A DNA stretch of 64,000 nt from an uncultured bacterium (GCA_937879955.1 CALFMK010000001.1:267766-331765), one strand, 5' to 3'; positions 1 to 10,061 are shown, numbered from the stretch's first letter. Notes: generated from the letters alone by a model not told the origin. Made by a program: numbers and translations.

Positions 1-103
1 CTTCTTCCTGGTCTGGAGCGGTGCCGTCGTCTTCTTCGCTCTCTTCGAGCTTTTGAAATACTTGAGATACCGACGCTTACCAAGCAATACCTGCGAAATC
101 TAG
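1..103 (+). CDS. 3' end of a membrane protein gene, partial (possibly PrsW-family protease)
   Basis: Frame 2 reads FFLVWSGAVVFFALFELLKYLRYRRLPSNTCEI* and stops 7 nt before hsp20; the family guess rests on context only. Confidence 0.45.
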   Translation, partial: FFLVWSGAVVFFALFELLKYLRYRRLPSNTCEI

Positions 104-110
104 TACGACT

Positions 111-599
111 ATGAAAAAACGATCATTCTTCGACCGCCTCGGCGGGGTCGCACCGATAGACGACGCATACGACTCCTTCGACGACGATATCCTCCCACCC
201 CAGCCGCGTGGGAGCGTGCAGCAGGCGCAGGTACGCACCTTCGCGACGGTGATCGAGGAGGATCAGACCGAGGGCCAGCTCCCGGTTGACGTGTACCAGA
301 CCCTCAACGAGATCGTAGTGCGCACCTTCGTCGCCGGCGTACGCCCTGACGAGCTCAACGTCTCCATCAGCCGCGACATGGTTGTCATCGAGGGCTCCCG
401 CGACGAGCGCGACTCCGTCGACGACTCCGACTACTTCACCCGCGAGCTCTTCTGGGGATCCTTCTCCCGTACCATCCTCCTCCCGCAGGAAGTCGACGTC
501 GACAACTGCACCGCTGGCGCGAAGGACGGTCTCCTCTCGATCATCATGCCGAAGCTCGACAAGGCGCGCCAGACGAAGCTGCGCGTGAAGGCAGGATAG
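111..599 (+). CDS. Hsp20/alpha-crystallin small heat shock protein
   Basis: PVDVYQT...RELFWGSFSRTILLP...AKDGLLSIIMPK alpha-crystallin signature. Confidence 0.93.
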   Translation: MKKRSFFDRLGGVAPIDDAYDSFDDDILPPQPRGSVQQAQVRTFATVIEEDQTEGQLPVDVYQTLNEIVVRTFVAGVRPDELNVSISRDMVVIEGSRDERDSVDDSDYFTRELFWGSFSRTILLPQEVDVDNCTAGAKDGLLSIIMPKLDKARQTKLRVKAG

Positions 600-614
600 A
601 TTCCGTGCGTCATA

Positions 615-642
615 GAAAAGGCCCGGTCTCCCGGGCCTTTTC
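615..642. terminator. Bidirectional intrinsic terminator
   Basis: GAAAAGGCCCGG-tctc-CCGGGCCTTTTC between convergent genes. Confidence 0.85.
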
Positions 643-643
643 C

Positions 644-1723
644 TTATCTCGTCTCCGTATGCAGGACGGGCGGTACCTTCGCGTGCTCTACCGTGAAGCG
701 TATCTGGCCGATGACCTGCCCGCCCTCGGTCTCAACGCGCACCCGCCATTCCCCCGGAAGCGGGCTCGAGACCTCGGAGTATCCGCGGTACCCCTCGGCA
801 CGTCCGCCGGATATCGGGAACGCGATGCGGCTCTGGGTCACCCAGGCGCCCTTATCGGCGTCGTAGCGCTGCCAGCGGTGCACCACCATCGTACCGAAGC
901 GTATGGGCGCGAATACGGCCGCGAAGGCGTACAGCGGCTCCCCCGGGGCCGTATGGAGCGTCTGCGGCCTGGGGTCGTACCAGGGCTGGTTCGGCTCTGA
1001 GAGGAGCGTATAGGTGCCGTTCGCGGACGATACGGCATGGTATATGCCGCCGTCCTTGAGGGCGAGCGGTATCGGCGGCAGGAGACCCGAGAAGTACGAG
1101 ACCGACATCACGATCACGATGGCGAGGCTCGCGCCGATGATGGGCGTCATGCTCTGTGCGAGCTGCCTCCTCCCTGCCCGGCGCAGAAGGAAGAGGAACA
1201 GCGCGAAGCCGAGTACGGCGAGTCCGGTGCTTCCCGCGAAGATCCACGGACCGAGCTTACCCACGAGGAGCGGCAGCGCGAAGATCGCGTACGCGTAGGC
1301 CGTGAAGAAGAGGAGCACCGCCATGAACGTGAGGCGGTCCTTGTACTTCCGGAACCACTCGTTCCCGACGAATACGAGGAGGAGCAGTACCAGGAACGGC
1401 CAGGAGACGCCGAGTACCGAGCTCTTCGTGTAGAAGATGAGGAAGCCGGAGAGCAGGTTGCCGATGAGGTACTGCGCGGCGAGCGGCAGTATCACGGTCA
1501 CCGAGCGCTTCCAGACCGCCTTCGCGTCGTGCCACGGCGCGGTGAGGTGCCCGAGGAACACGCACAATGCGGCGAGTCCGAGATAGGCAGCGAACACCAG
1601 GTTCACGAGCGATATATCGAGGAGCGTGAACGTGAGGACGTCGGTTATGAAGCCGCCGAAGAACACGAGGGCGCCGAGGTGCCGCTCGTTCCGCTGCGCC
1701 CATGCGAGGACCTTCCGTACCAT
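644..1723 (-). CDS. Membrane protein with C-terminal DUF2914-like domain
   Basis: About 7 TM helices, then 'AVFAP..VVHRW..ISGGRAEGYRGYS..PGEWRVRVET..GQVIG'. Confidence 0.75.
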   Translation of the reverse strand: MVRKVLAWAQRNERHLGALVFFGGFITDVLTFTLLDISLVNLVFAAYLGLAALCVFLGHLTAPWHDAKAVWKRSVTVILPLAAQYLIGNLLSGFLIFYTKSSVLGVSWPFLVLLLLVFVGNEWFRKYKDRLTFMAVLLFFTAYAYAIFALPLLVGKLGPWIFAGSTGLAVLGFALFLFLLRRAGRRQLAQSMTPIIGASLAIVIVMSVSYFSGLLPPIPLALKDGGIYHAVSSANGTYTLLSEPNQPWYDPRPQTLHTAPGEPLYAFAAVFAPIRFGTMVVHRWQRYDADKGAWVTQSRIAFPISGGRAEGYRGYSEVSSPLPGEWRVRVETEGGQVIGQIRFTVEHAKVPPVLHTETR

Positions 1724-1759
1724 CCCTTAACTATACGCCACGCCGGCGTCGATTTTGTG

Positions 1760-1832
1760 TGCTTGGACCCGGGCTCGAACCGGGGACCCCACCCTCTTCA
1801 GGGGTGTGCTCTACCAACTGAGCTATCCAAGC
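1760..1832 (-). tRNA. tRNA-Phe(GAA)
   Basis: GCTTGGATAGCTCAGTTGGTAGAGCA-CACCC-CTGAAGA-GGGTG...GGTTCGAGCCC...CCAAGCA cloverleaf. Confidence 0.95.
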
Positions 1833-1881
1833 GATACGCAGACTTTACCATACCGCCCCGCCTTTTTCACCCTCCCTGATT

Positions 1882-2193
1882 CTACTGGGTGAGCTCCCGG
1901 TACTGCTGCATGAGGTCGCTCACCTGCTCGGCCGACGGGAGCCCGAAGAGGCCTGGCTTCAGGTTCTCGCCCGTAGGGGCGGCGCCCGAAAACGCGCTCA
2001 TGAGCGGCCCGATGTAGGTCGAAAGGAAGAAGAGCGGTACGCCGAGGACGACGAGCCACAGGACCACCTTCGCCACCAGTCCGAGGATGGCGTTGCGGCG
2101 CATCTCGCGCAGAAGGCGGTTATTGTCCTTGGCGACGGCCAGATTCTCCTCGAGGAGCTTCTTCAGGTCTTCGTGCTCTGTGGTCGGGGGCAT
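1882..2193 (-). CDS. Small membrane protein (coiled coil plus TM segment)
   Basis: LKKLLEENLAVAKDNNRLLREMRR then a hydrophobic segment; TATAAT just upstream. Confidence 0.75.
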   Translation of the reverse strand: MPPTTEHEDLKKLLEENLAVAKDNNRLLREMRRNAILGLVAKVVLWLVVLGVPLFFLSTYIGPLMSAFSGAAPTGENLKPGLFGLPSAEQVSDLMQQYRELTQ

Positions 2194-2218
2194 GGGGTAC
2201 CAGGATTATAGCATTGCA

Positions 2219-2290
2219 TGCCCTCGCCAGGAGTCGGACCTGGATCTGAGGTTTAGGAAACCTCCGTTCTATCCATTGAACTACGAGAGC
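2219..2290 (-). tRNA. tRNA-Arg(CCT)
   Basis: GCTCTCGTAGTTCAATGGATAGAAC-GAGGT-TTCCTAA-ACCTC...CCAGG-TCCGACT-CCTGG-CGAGGGCA. Confidence 0.92.
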
Positions 2291-2307
2291 GTATCGAGAG
2301 ATTAACA

Positions 2308-2340
2308 CAAAACCCGCGGCCATACAGGCCGCGGGTTTTG
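2308..2340. terminator. Intrinsic terminator downstream of the glutaredoxin gene
   Basis: CAAAACCCGCGGCC-ataca-GGCCGCGGGTTTTG. Confidence 0.8.
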
Positions 2341-2353
2341 TGAGGATACCCGC

Positions 2354-2611
2354 TTACGCAGCGACCGGCGTGCCGCCGAGCCCGAGGAGCTCGACGAACT
2401 TGTTCTTGTCGAATCCGATGACCATGTCGTCCCCGATGAACACGACCGGAACGCCCATCTGGCCGCTCTTGTCGATCATCTCCTGGCGCTTCTCCATGTC
2501 GTTCGCGACGTTGTACTCGGTGTACGCGACGTTGTTCTCCTTGAAGAACTCCTTGCTCATCTGGCAGAAGTGGCAGGTCGGCGTGGTGTAAATGGTGACG
2601 GTCTTGTCCAT
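2354..2611 (-). CDS. Glutaredoxin/NrdH-like redoxin
   Basis: YTTPTCHFC (CxxC), SGQMGVPV, IGFD. Confidence 0.92.
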   Translation of the reverse strand: MDKTVTIYTTPTCHFCQMSKEFFKENNVAYTEYNVANDMEKRQEMIDKSGQMGVPVVFIGDDMVIGFDKNKFVELLGLGGTPVAA

Positions 2612-2655
2612 GGTGATTATCGTTAGCGTACGGTGATTATAGCATTTTTACCCGG

Positions 2656-2726
2656 TGCGGAATACGAGAATCGAACTCGTGCCTAGTGCTTGGGAAGCAC
2701 TCATTCTGCCACTAAACTAATTCCGC
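2656..2726 (-). tRNA. tRNA-Gly(CCC)
   Basis: GCGGAATTAGTTTAGTGGCAGAATG-AGTGC-TTCCCAA-GCACT...GAGTTCGATTCTC...TTCCGCA. Confidence 0.95.
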
Positions 2727-2737
2727 GCTGCTGGGGA

Positions 2738-3106
2738 TTACCAGATCCCGAAGAATCCGAGGAACCGCCGGTACCACGGGAGCTTCGGGTCGAGCCCGTC
2801 GTCCTTGGGCGGTACGACGATGATAACCTCCTCCCCGGACTTCGCAACGCCGTGGTTCTGGCGCAGGGTGGCCTCCTGGCCGCGATCGCTCCCGAGCTCG
2901 GCCACGTTAGCCTCGAAGACCGCCTTGCGCTCGTTCAGGATCGCGAGCTCGGCCTTGCGCTCCTCCACCGCCCGGCGCGCGACCTCCTCCTTGCGGGCGA
3001 GGCCCCATACCGCCCACGCGAGTATCAGTACGACGAGGAGAAGCGCTCCTGCGAGCGCGTACTCGCGGACCTGCTTCGCCTGCTGCTGTCTCGACGTGCG
3101 TGGCAT
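2738..3106 (-). CDS. Septum formation initiator (FtsB/DivIC-like)
   Basis: One TM helix, coiled coil, 'EATLRQNHGVAKSGEEVIIV' motif; ATG at 3106 lies 6 nt after TATACT. Confidence 0.75.
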   Translation of the reverse strand: MPRTSRQQQAKQVREYALAGALLLVVLILAWAVWGLARKEEVARRAVEERKAELAILNERKAVFEANVAELGSDRGQEATLRQNHGVAKSGEEVIIVVPPKDDGLDPKLPWYRRFLGFFGIW

Positions 3107-3128
3107 CGGCACAGTATAGCAACCGGGA

Positions 3129-4916
3129 CTAGCGCTCGGAATCCTGCACCATCTTCATGAACACGTCCTGCGGGATGTCCATCTTCGCGTGCGCACCGCG
3201 TCGTGCCTTGCCCTTCTTCTGCTTCTCGAGGAGCTTCATCTTGCGGGTGATGTCGCCGCCGTAGAGGTATCCCGTGACGTCCTTGCGGAACGCGGAGATC
3301 GAGCGGGACGCTACGATGCGGCCGAGCGCGTGCGCCTGGATCTTGAGCACGAACATCTGGCGCGGGAGGATCTCATGGAGCTTCTCCACCATGCGCTCGC
3401 CCTCCTCGACGACGCGGCGGCGGGATACCACGCGCGCGAATGCCGGGACCGGCTCCTCCGCGACGTAGATCTCGAGCTTCACGACGTCCGCCGGGCGCTC
3501 GTCCAGGAACTCGTACGAGAGGGACGCGTAGCCGGAGGAGGCGTTCTTCACCTTGTCGAAGAAGCCGCGCATAAGCTCTCGGAGCGGCATCTCGACCCGG
3601 AGCTCGATGCGGCCGTCGAGATGCGTCTCGGTCTCGCGCACGTCGCCCTCGTGGTCATGGAAGAGCTGGATCATGTTCGAGAGGTACTCGGGCGGCGCGA
3701 TGAGGACCACCTTCACCCACGGCTCCTCGACCTTCTCCGTCTCGCCGAACGCCGGGAACTTCGACGGCGTGTACACGACCTCCCGTACCCCGCGCTTGTC
3801 CGTGACGGTGTAGGCGATGGTCGGGATGGTGACCACGAGCTCGAGATTGAACTCGCGCTTCAGGCGCTCGATGATGATCTCGAGATGGAGCATGCCGAGG
3901 AAGCCGCAGCGGAAGCCGCGCCCGAGCATGCCGGAGGACTCCTCCTCGAACGCGAGCGAGGAATCCGAGAGGCGCAGGCGCTCGAGCGACTGCCGGAGCT
4001 CCGTGAGGTCGTCCTGGCTCTCCGGATAGACCGAGGCCCAGACCACCGGGCGCGGACGATCGAAGCCCGGGAGACCCTCCGTGGACCCCGCGTTCGCGAT
4101 GACCGTGTCTCCCACGTTCACGATGCCCGCCTCCTTCACGCCCGTCACGATGTAGCCGATCTCGCCGGCCGCAAGCTTATCCGTCACGATCTCGTCGGGC
4201 ATGAAGATGCCGGTCTCGAGCGCCGTGAAGCGCTCGCCCGCGGCCGCGAAGCGGAGCACGTCCCCTTTCTTGAACTCGCCGTCGAAGATGCGGGCGAAGA
4301 CCGTGATGCCGCGGTGCGTGGAGTACGAGAAGTCGAAGATGAGCGCGCGCGGGCCGCCCGTAGAAGGCCGCGGCGCCGGCACGCGCTCGACGATGGCCTC
4401 GAGGAGCTCCATCACCCCCTCGCCCGTCCTGCCCGAGACCTTGAGGACCGTATCGGGGTCTATCGTGAGGAGCTCCGCGAGTTCGAGCGACACGTCGTCC
4501 ACCCGGGACGCGACCGAGTCGATCTTCGAGAGTACCGGGATGATGACGCAGCCTGCGTCCTTGGCCATCTGGAGCGTCGTGAGCGTCTGCGCCTGGACGC
4601 CCTGCGTCGAGTCCACGAGCAGGATCACGCCCTCTACGGCCGAGAGAGCGCGCGACACCTCGTACGAGAAATCGATGTGCCCGGGCGTATCGATGAGGTT
4701 CAGGACGTACTCGGTCCCGTCCTTCCCGGTGTACTTCATCCTTGCAGGCTGCATCTTGATGGTGATGCCGCGCTCGCGCTCGAGGTCCATCTTGTCGAGG
4801 ACCTGATCGCGCATCTTCCGGGCCTCGATCGTGCCGGTACGCTCAAGGAGCCGGTCCGCGAGGGTCGACTTTCCATGATCGATGTGAGCGATGATGCTGA
4901 AGTTACGTATGTTCAT
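3129..4916 (-). CDS. lepA: Translation elongation factor 4
   Basis: NIRNFSIIAHIDHGKSTLADRL, LIDTPGH, GFRCGFLGMLH, YGGDITRKMKLLEKQKKGK. Confidence 0.98.
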   Translation of the reverse strand: MNIRNFSIIAHIDHGKSTLADRLLERTGTIEARKMRDQVLDKMDLERERGITIKMQPARMKYTGKDGTEYVLNLIDTPGHIDFSYEVSRALSAVEGVILLVDSTQGVQAQTLTTLQMAKDAGCVIIPVLSKIDSVASRVDDVSLELAELLTIDPDTVLKVSGRTGEGVMELLEAIVERVPAPRPSTGGPRALIFDFSYSTHRGITVFARIFDGEFKKGDVLRFAAAGERFTALETGIFMPDEIVTDKLAAGEIGYIVTGVKEAGIVNVGDTVIANAGSTEGLPGFDRPRPVVWASVYPESQDDLTELRQSLERLRLSDSSLAFEEESSGMLGRGFRCGFLGMLHLEIIIERLKREFNLELVVTIPTIAYTVTDKRGVREVVYTPSKFPAFGETEKVEEPWVKVVLIAPPEYLSNMIQLFHDHEGDVRETETHLDGRIELRVEMPLRELMRGFFDKVKNASSGYASLSYEFLDERPADVVKLEIYVAEEPVPAFARVVSRRRVVEEGERMVEKLHEILPRQMFVLKIQAHALGRIVASRSISAFRKDVTGYLYGGDITRKMKLLEKQKKGKARRGAHAKMDIPQDVFMKMVQDSER

Positions 4917-4952
4917 GAGTTCGAAAAGCGCACCGATAGCCCAAGGAAGGCC

Positions 4953-6635
4953 CTAGGAATCTCCGTGATCCGAAAGGACGGCGCCGGAGGGCTTGAGGGC
5001 GGTGGACGGCTTGAGACGCTTCAGGGAATCGGCGAGGTCGCTGAATTCCTTGTTCGCAAGGAGGGCCAGGACCGCGCCGGCGACCGCTAGACCCACCATA
5101 CCAGCGACGAAGGCCTCCGTGAAGACGACGAGGAGCGTGGTCGCCGGAGCGAGGTTCCCGGTGAAGGAGAGGACGCCGTAGCTCGCGGCCCCTCCGAGGA
5201 TGGCTGCGGCCGCCCCCTCGAACATGGGGCGGAGCAAGGAGCGCGCCACGCCCGGCGCAACCGTCCGGAGCGTCACGAGCGCGAGGATGCCGGTCGCGAC
5301 CGAGCCGAGCATGCTCCCTATCGCGATGAGGAGCACATCGCTACCTGGCACGTCCTCGACGCGCAGCAAGGCCTCCACGAAGTAGCGGACGTCCGGATAC
5401 GCGTGCGCGAGCATGAGGAGACCGCCTGCTGCGATGACCGATACCAGGAGCCCTGCCACCTGGATCACGAGCGGGTTCCAGGACTTCTTCGCGGCATAGA
5501 ACGCGCGGGACGCGAGCAGCACGATCCCCTGCGCCATGAGGCCGAGCACGAGGATGGCGAGGATGGCTGCCGTGAGCCTCGTCGCGTCCCAGTCGAACGC
5601 GCCCGACCCGAGCACGATGCGCACGAGATGCGCGCGCATCACGAGGATCAGCACGGAGAGGATCGCGGACCAGAACACGATGTGGCGCGCGGCGGCCGAG
5701 AGAGTCGCCTTGAACGCCTCGTACTTCTTCGCTTCCATGCTCTCGGCGAGCACCGGGAACGCCGCGGTGGCATAGGAGGCTGCGATCAAGGAGAGCGGCA
5801 CGCCCTGCAGGTTCGACGCGAGCGAGAGCACGGAGATAGAGCCTTCGCCGGTGCGCGCCGCCATGATGGTGAGGATGAGCGCCGTCACCGAGCCCATCGC
5901 GAGCGCGAGCGAACGCGGCACCGAGTCCCGCATCACGTCCCACAGGAGCTTCGGGTCCGGCACGACCAGCCGCGGGAGGAGCTTCTCCTCCGCGAGCACG
6001 GGGATGTGGATCAGGAGATGCGCCAAGGCGCCGCCGAGCACGCCGATGCCGATACCCGGAAGCCCGTAGAGCGGATAGAGGAAGGCCGTGCCGAGGATGA
6101 TGCCGAGGTTGTAGAGCACCGGGGAGAGCGCGAAGAGGAAGAAGCGGCGGCGGACCTGCGTCACGCTCGTCGCGATCCCGGAGAGCCCGAGCAGGATCGG
6201 CTGCAGGAGGAGAATGCGCGCGAGCAGCACGAACCCGTCCGCGTTCGGAGACCCTATCGCTGCCGGGAACAATACGAAGAGGAAGCGCGGCGCGAGGATC
6301 GCGAGCACGAGGCAGAGCACGCCCGCCCCGATGAAGAGGAAGGACGCGGTCTGCGATATGAGCTGCTGGGACTCCTTCCGGTTCCCTCCTGCGATGCGCG
6401 GGATGAGGACGTACGCGGAGACGAGCGACGCCACGAGCGCGAACACGAGGTCCGGCACCTTGAAGGCGGCGTAGTACAGGTCCAGCACGTCGCCAGCGCC
6501 GAAGCTGTGCGCGAAGAGGCGGTCACGCAAGAGCGCCAGGGCCTGCGCCGCGAGCGTAAGGCCGGCGAGCAGGTACGCGGCCTGATGGAGGCCGCGTACC
6601 GGCGCCGTGAGCGAGCTGAGTATCTTGCGTACCAT
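4953..6635 (-). CDS. murJ: Lipid II flippase MurJ/MviN
   Basis: LLRDRLFAHSFGAG..LDLYYAAFKVPD; about 14 TM helices; RAFYA motif. Confidence 0.9.
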   Translation of the reverse strand: MVRKILSSLTAPVRGLHQAAYLLAGLTLAAQALALLRDRLFAHSFGAGDVLDLYYAAFKVPDLVFALVASLVSAYVLIPRIAGGNRKESQQLISQTASFLFIGAGVLCLVLAILAPRFLFVLFPAAIGSPNADGFVLLARILLLQPILLGLSGIATSVTQVRRRFFLFALSPVLYNLGIILGTAFLYPLYGLPGIGIGVLGGALAHLLIHIPVLAEEKLLPRLVVPDPKLLWDVMRDSVPRSLALAMGSVTALILTIMAARTGEGSISVLSLASNLQGVPLSLIAASYATAAFPVLAESMEAKKYEAFKATLSAAARHIVFWSAILSVLILVMRAHLVRIVLGSGAFDWDATRLTAAILAILVLGLMAQGIVLLASRAFYAAKKSWNPLVIQVAGLLVSVIAAGGLLMLAHAYPDVRYFVEALLRVEDVPGSDVLLIAIGSMLGSVATGILALVTLRTVAPGVARSLLRPMFEGAAAAILGGAASYGVLSFTGNLAPATTLLVVFTEAFVAGMVGLAVAGAVLALLANKEFSDLADSLKRLKPSTALKPSGAVLSDHGDS

Positions 6636-6651
6636 GCGCCCTTAGGAGAAC

Positions 6652-9075
6652 CTAGCGAACGGCGCCTGACGTTGCGCCCTCCGCCAGCGGCGCCTGCGGG
6701 ATGCCGAGGGCGCCGAGGCGAGACGGCGGGAACGGATTCTTCCCGGCGCGCACGCTCGCGAGGTCGTCGGCGACGGCGGCCGCGTTCTCTGGCGAGAGCG
6801 CGCCGACCTGCTCGAGCTCGTTCGCCGCTTCAGGGTACCTGCCCGTGATGGCGTACATCACGCCGAGGAAGAAGCGTGCGTTCGCGTATTGCGGGTTGAG
6901 CTCCACCGAACGCGCGAGAGCCTCTATGGCGCCCGCGTTGTTCCCGTTCGCCGAGCGCAGGATACCGACCTGGAAGAGCACGGTCGGGTCGTTCGGCGCG
7001 AAGTACGCCGCCGCTTCCGCCGCCTCGAGCGCCTCGCGGGCCCTGCCCTGCTCCACCTCGAGCTGCGAGAGGAGGAAGATGGCCTGCGTGTAGTCGCGCT
7101 TCAGCGTGATGGCCTGCATGAGGCTCGCGGACGCCGCGGCAGCGTCGCCGTGCGCGATCTCGAGCTGCGCCACGACGTACGGCAGGATCGGGCTCGTCGG
7201 GTTCAGGGAGATGGCCTGCTCGTACGCGGTCTTCGCGTTCTCGTACGCGCCTTCGATCTTGAGCGGCACCACGGTCTGATAGACGGTGCCGAGCACGGAC
7301 CAGTTCTGGTAGTCGTTCGGGCCGAGACGGGTCGCGGTGAGCGCGGCCTCGATGGATCCCGAGAGCGCGGCCTGGAAGCGGGACTGCGCGTCTGCCTGCG
7401 CGGCTGAGGTATCGGCGGCGATCTGGTTCATGCGCGCGATGCCGATGCCGGCGAGGAGCTGATAGGCACGATCGCTCGGCGCGAACATGATGGAACGCTG
7501 CGCCGCATCCGTCGCCGATTCGATGTCGCCTGCGGAGAGCGCGTTCGAGGCCTCTGCATACGCGACGCTCGAGAGATAGCGCTCGACCACGACGTATCCG
7601 CTCATGATCGAGGCGAGGAGGAGGAGCGTGAGCATGAACACGACGACGAAGCCGATGCGCGGGCTGCGCGCGAAGATGATGCCGAGCTCGCGCGCATCCT
7701 TGCCGTGGCGCAGGGACGAGATGAAGATGCCGAGCAAGAGGAACCCGGCGACGAGGACCATAGGCCCCGGTACCGAGAAGACGGCGAGCGCGATGACGTA
7801 GAGCGCGCCAACGAACGACGCCGTGGACACGAAGCGCACGAACGGGTCCTGCGGCACGCGCGTGAAGAGCGCGCGGAGCCCGAAGAAGAGGAAGAGCATG
7901 ACGAACGCGACCCACGCGAGGGCGCCCACGAGGCCGGTCGTGACGAACGAGGTCGGGATGCTGCCGATGCCCGCCGCGAAGTCCACGTTCCAGAAGAGCG
8001 TGTCGTTCAGGCTGCGGTCGCGGAACTTCACCCACTGCTCGCTGAACGTGCCCGGACCCGAGCCGAAGAGCGGCGAGGAGGCGTAGGTATGACTTCCCAC
8101 GTCGAAGGTGGACTGCCATGACGGGCGCACGTCGATGACGGATACGCCCATGCTCGACGCGAGCGCGTTGCCGAGCGTCGACCCGCCGACGAGGAAGAAG
8201 AGCGCGATGGCGAGCGTCGCGAGCGGCACGGCGAGAGGACGAGACGCGCCTGGCTGGTCATCCGTATCCTCCGCGAGAAGGAGCGCCACACCGTCGAGGT
8301 CGGCCTCGTCGCCGGACGCCCTGCGATGCATGATCGCCTCGATGAAGAGCGCGAGCGCGACGAGCGCGACGAGCGACCACACGAGCACGGAGTTCACGAG
8401 CGCGATGAGGAAGAGCGCGATGGCGCCGAACACCGTGATGAGCATGCGGCTCTTCGGCGCGAGCGGGAGCAGCCGGAGAGCGAGCAGGCCGACGGATACG
8501 CCAAGACCGAGGAACATGCCGAGATCGAGGAAGGAGCCGACGAGGTTAGTGGTCGGGGCGATGAGGGCGGGCATCACGCGCCCGACTATCGCCACGAGGA
8601 CCTGGATCGCCGCTACGGCGCCCGTGATCACCGCGGCTGCACGGAAGAAGAGCGCGTAGCTGTCCGCGCGCCGGAACGCGAGCGCGGTGAGGGTCGCGAG
8701 CGCGGAAAGGAGCAGGATGAAGCCGAACGTATCGGTCTCGAGCTCGGTCCCGAAGAACGACGCGCCGATCCCTGCGCCAGAGAAGAGCGAGGAGAGGAGG
8801 TACGCCGCCGGCACGATCCAGAGCGACGCGAGGAGCGGGAACGGCGGGACGATGACGTTGCCGCGCGACAGGCGCGCGAGGATGAAGAGCGCGAGCGTCA
8901 CGAGCGCGCCGAGCGCGAGCACCGTGACCTTGGTGTAGAGGAACGGGATGGTCTGCGACGGGATCAGGGCGACAACGCCGAGCGCGAACGTCGCGATGAT
9001 GGCCCAGTTCGTCGCCAGGTCGAACGAGAAGCGCTTCGAGCTCGCCAGGGCGGCAGTGTGATGGTTCTCTTGCAT
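6652..9075 (-). CDS. Polytopic membrane protein (O-antigen ligase-like) with C-terminal TPR repeats
   Basis: Many TM helices, PLFGSGPGTF motif, TPR repeats (AISLNPT, AITLKRDY, SVELNPQYANARFFLG); start set at MQEN. Confidence 0.75.
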   Translation of the reverse strand: MQENHHTAALASSKRFSFDLATNWAIIATFALGVVALIPSQTIPFLYTKVTVLALGALVTLALFILARLSRGNVIVPPFPLLASLWIVPAAYLLSSLFSGAGIGASFFGTELETDTFGFILLLSALATLTALAFRRADSYALFFRAAAVITGAVAAIQVLVAIVGRVMPALIAPTTNLVGSFLDLGMFLGLGVSVGLLALRLLPLAPKSRMLITVFGAIALFLIALVNSVLVWSLVALVALALFIEAIMHRRASGDEADLDGVALLLAEDTDDQPGASRPLAVPLATLAIALFFLVGGSTLGNALASSMGVSVIDVRPSWQSTFDVGSHTYASSPLFGSGPGTFSEQWVKFRDRSLNDTLFWNVDFAAGIGSIPTSFVTTGLVGALAWVAFVMLFLFFGLRALFTRVPQDPFVRFVSTASFVGALYVIALAVFSVPGPMVLVAGFLLLGIFISSLRHGKDARELGIIFARSPRIGFVVVFMLTLLLLASIMSGYVVVERYLSSVAYAEASNALSAGDIESATDAAQRSIMFAPSDRAYQLLAGIGIARMNQIAADTSAAQADAQSRFQAALSGSIEAALTATRLGPNDYQNWSVLGTVYQTVVPLKIEGAYENAKTAYEQAISLNPTSPILPYVVAQLEIAHGDAAAASASLMQAITLKRDYTQAIFLLSQLEVEQGRAREALEAAEAAAYFAPNDPTVLFQVGILRSANGNNAGAIEALARSVELNPQYANARFFLGVMYAITGRYPEAANELEQVGALSPENAAAVADDLASVRAGKNPFPPSRLGALGIPQAPLAEGATSGAVR

Positions 9076-9169
9076 AGATAAAGATGAAACGGCCCTTCTA
9101 ATACGGAACAGTATAGCCCGCCCCATCTCGCCCCCTTCCCGCGTCTGTGGACGGGAGGGGCCGCATTCA

Positions 9170-9197
9170 TTGCGATTATGAGAATATGTCGTATTAT
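9170..9197 (+). promoter_or_regulatory. Putative sigma70 promoter of rnpB
   Basis: TTGCGA-16 nt-TATTAT, ending 6 nt before the RNA 5' end. Confidence 0.55.
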
Positions 9198-9203
9198 AAA
9201 TAC

Positions 9204-9521
9204 GGACCGGGCCTGACGACCGCCCTGCCCTTCACGGGACCAGGGAGGAAAGTCCGGACACAGGCGGCAGCGATGCCGCAGAACGGTAGCGGGTAACGCC
9301 CGTCCGCAGCGATGCGCGAGGTGCGAACAGAAACGCTCAATGCCGAAAGGCGAGAGATTCTCTCCGGAGAATGGGCTGGCAGCGATGCCAGACTGAAACG
9401 GCTAAATCCTTACCTCTGTGCAAGGCCGTGCCCAGCAATGGGAGCGCCGCTCGAGGGCATCGGCAACGATGCTCCCAGATAGATGGTCGTCCCCGACAGA
9501 ATCCGGCTTATGACCCGGTCC
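9204..9521 (+). ncRNA. rnpB: RNase P RNA
   Basis: Conserved GAGGAAAGTCCGG and ACAGAATCCGGCTTA elements; P1 GGACCGGG/CCCGGTCC; several GNRA hairpins. Confidence 0.95.
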
Positions 9522-9528
9522 TACATAC

Positions 9529-9558
9529 TGAAAGAACCCGCGCGAGCGGGTTCTTTCA
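9529..9558. terminator. Bidirectional terminator after rnpB
   Basis: TGAAAGAACCCGC-gcga-GCGGGTTCTTTCA. Confidence 0.88.
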
Positions 9559-9563
9559 TTTCT

Positions 9564-10034
9564 CTAGAGCGGAAGCGCGAGCCTCGTGCCTACGGACCAT
9601 CCCTGCGCCTGCGCCTCCCCCGCCCGCGCCTCGAGCACGAGCCGCACGGGCGACGGCGGGAAGAACGGCGTCGGATAAGTGGACGGCGAGACCGAGTCCT
9701 CGATGCCGACGATGGTGCCGTCGCTTGCGAGCCAGATGATGTCGATCGGCACGAGCATGTCCTTCATCCAGAAGCCGTAGGTGCCGGGCTGGTCGAAGAC
9801 GAAGAGCATCCCGTATCCGTGCGGGACGTCCGCACGGCCCGAGAGTCCCTGCTCCCTTGCTTCGGGCGACGCCACGACCTCGAAGTCGAAGGACGGCGCA
9901 TCGGTCGCCTGCGCGACCGTATGCGTCTGAGGCACGGACTCCTGCTCGCGGCCGTCGCCGACGAACGCGTACGTTACGAACCCTACGACGAGGAGCGCCA
10001 AGATGATCGAGATGATCGCGGTTCGTATTTTCAT
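9564..10034 (-). CDS. DUF192 family exported protein
   Basis: REQGLSGR..GMLFVFD..FWMKDMLVPIDIIW..VLEARAG. Confidence 0.9.
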   Translation of the reverse strand: MKIRTAIISIILALLVVGFVTYAFVGDGREQESVPQTHTVAQATDAPSFDFEVVASPEAREQGLSGRADVPHGYGMLFVFDQPGTYGFWMKDMLVPIDIIWLASDGTIVGIEDSVSPSTYPTPFFPPSPVRLVLEARAGEAQAQGWSVGTRLALPL

Positions 10035-10061
10035 ATGACTGATGAAGTATACAAGAGCGAA

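Noticed and set aside
9263-9391. Three GCAGCGATGC repeats as a possible CRISPR or REP array
   Set aside because: They are GCGA-tetraloop hairpins within RNase P RNA with irregular spacing; no CRISPR array or cas gene was seen in the window
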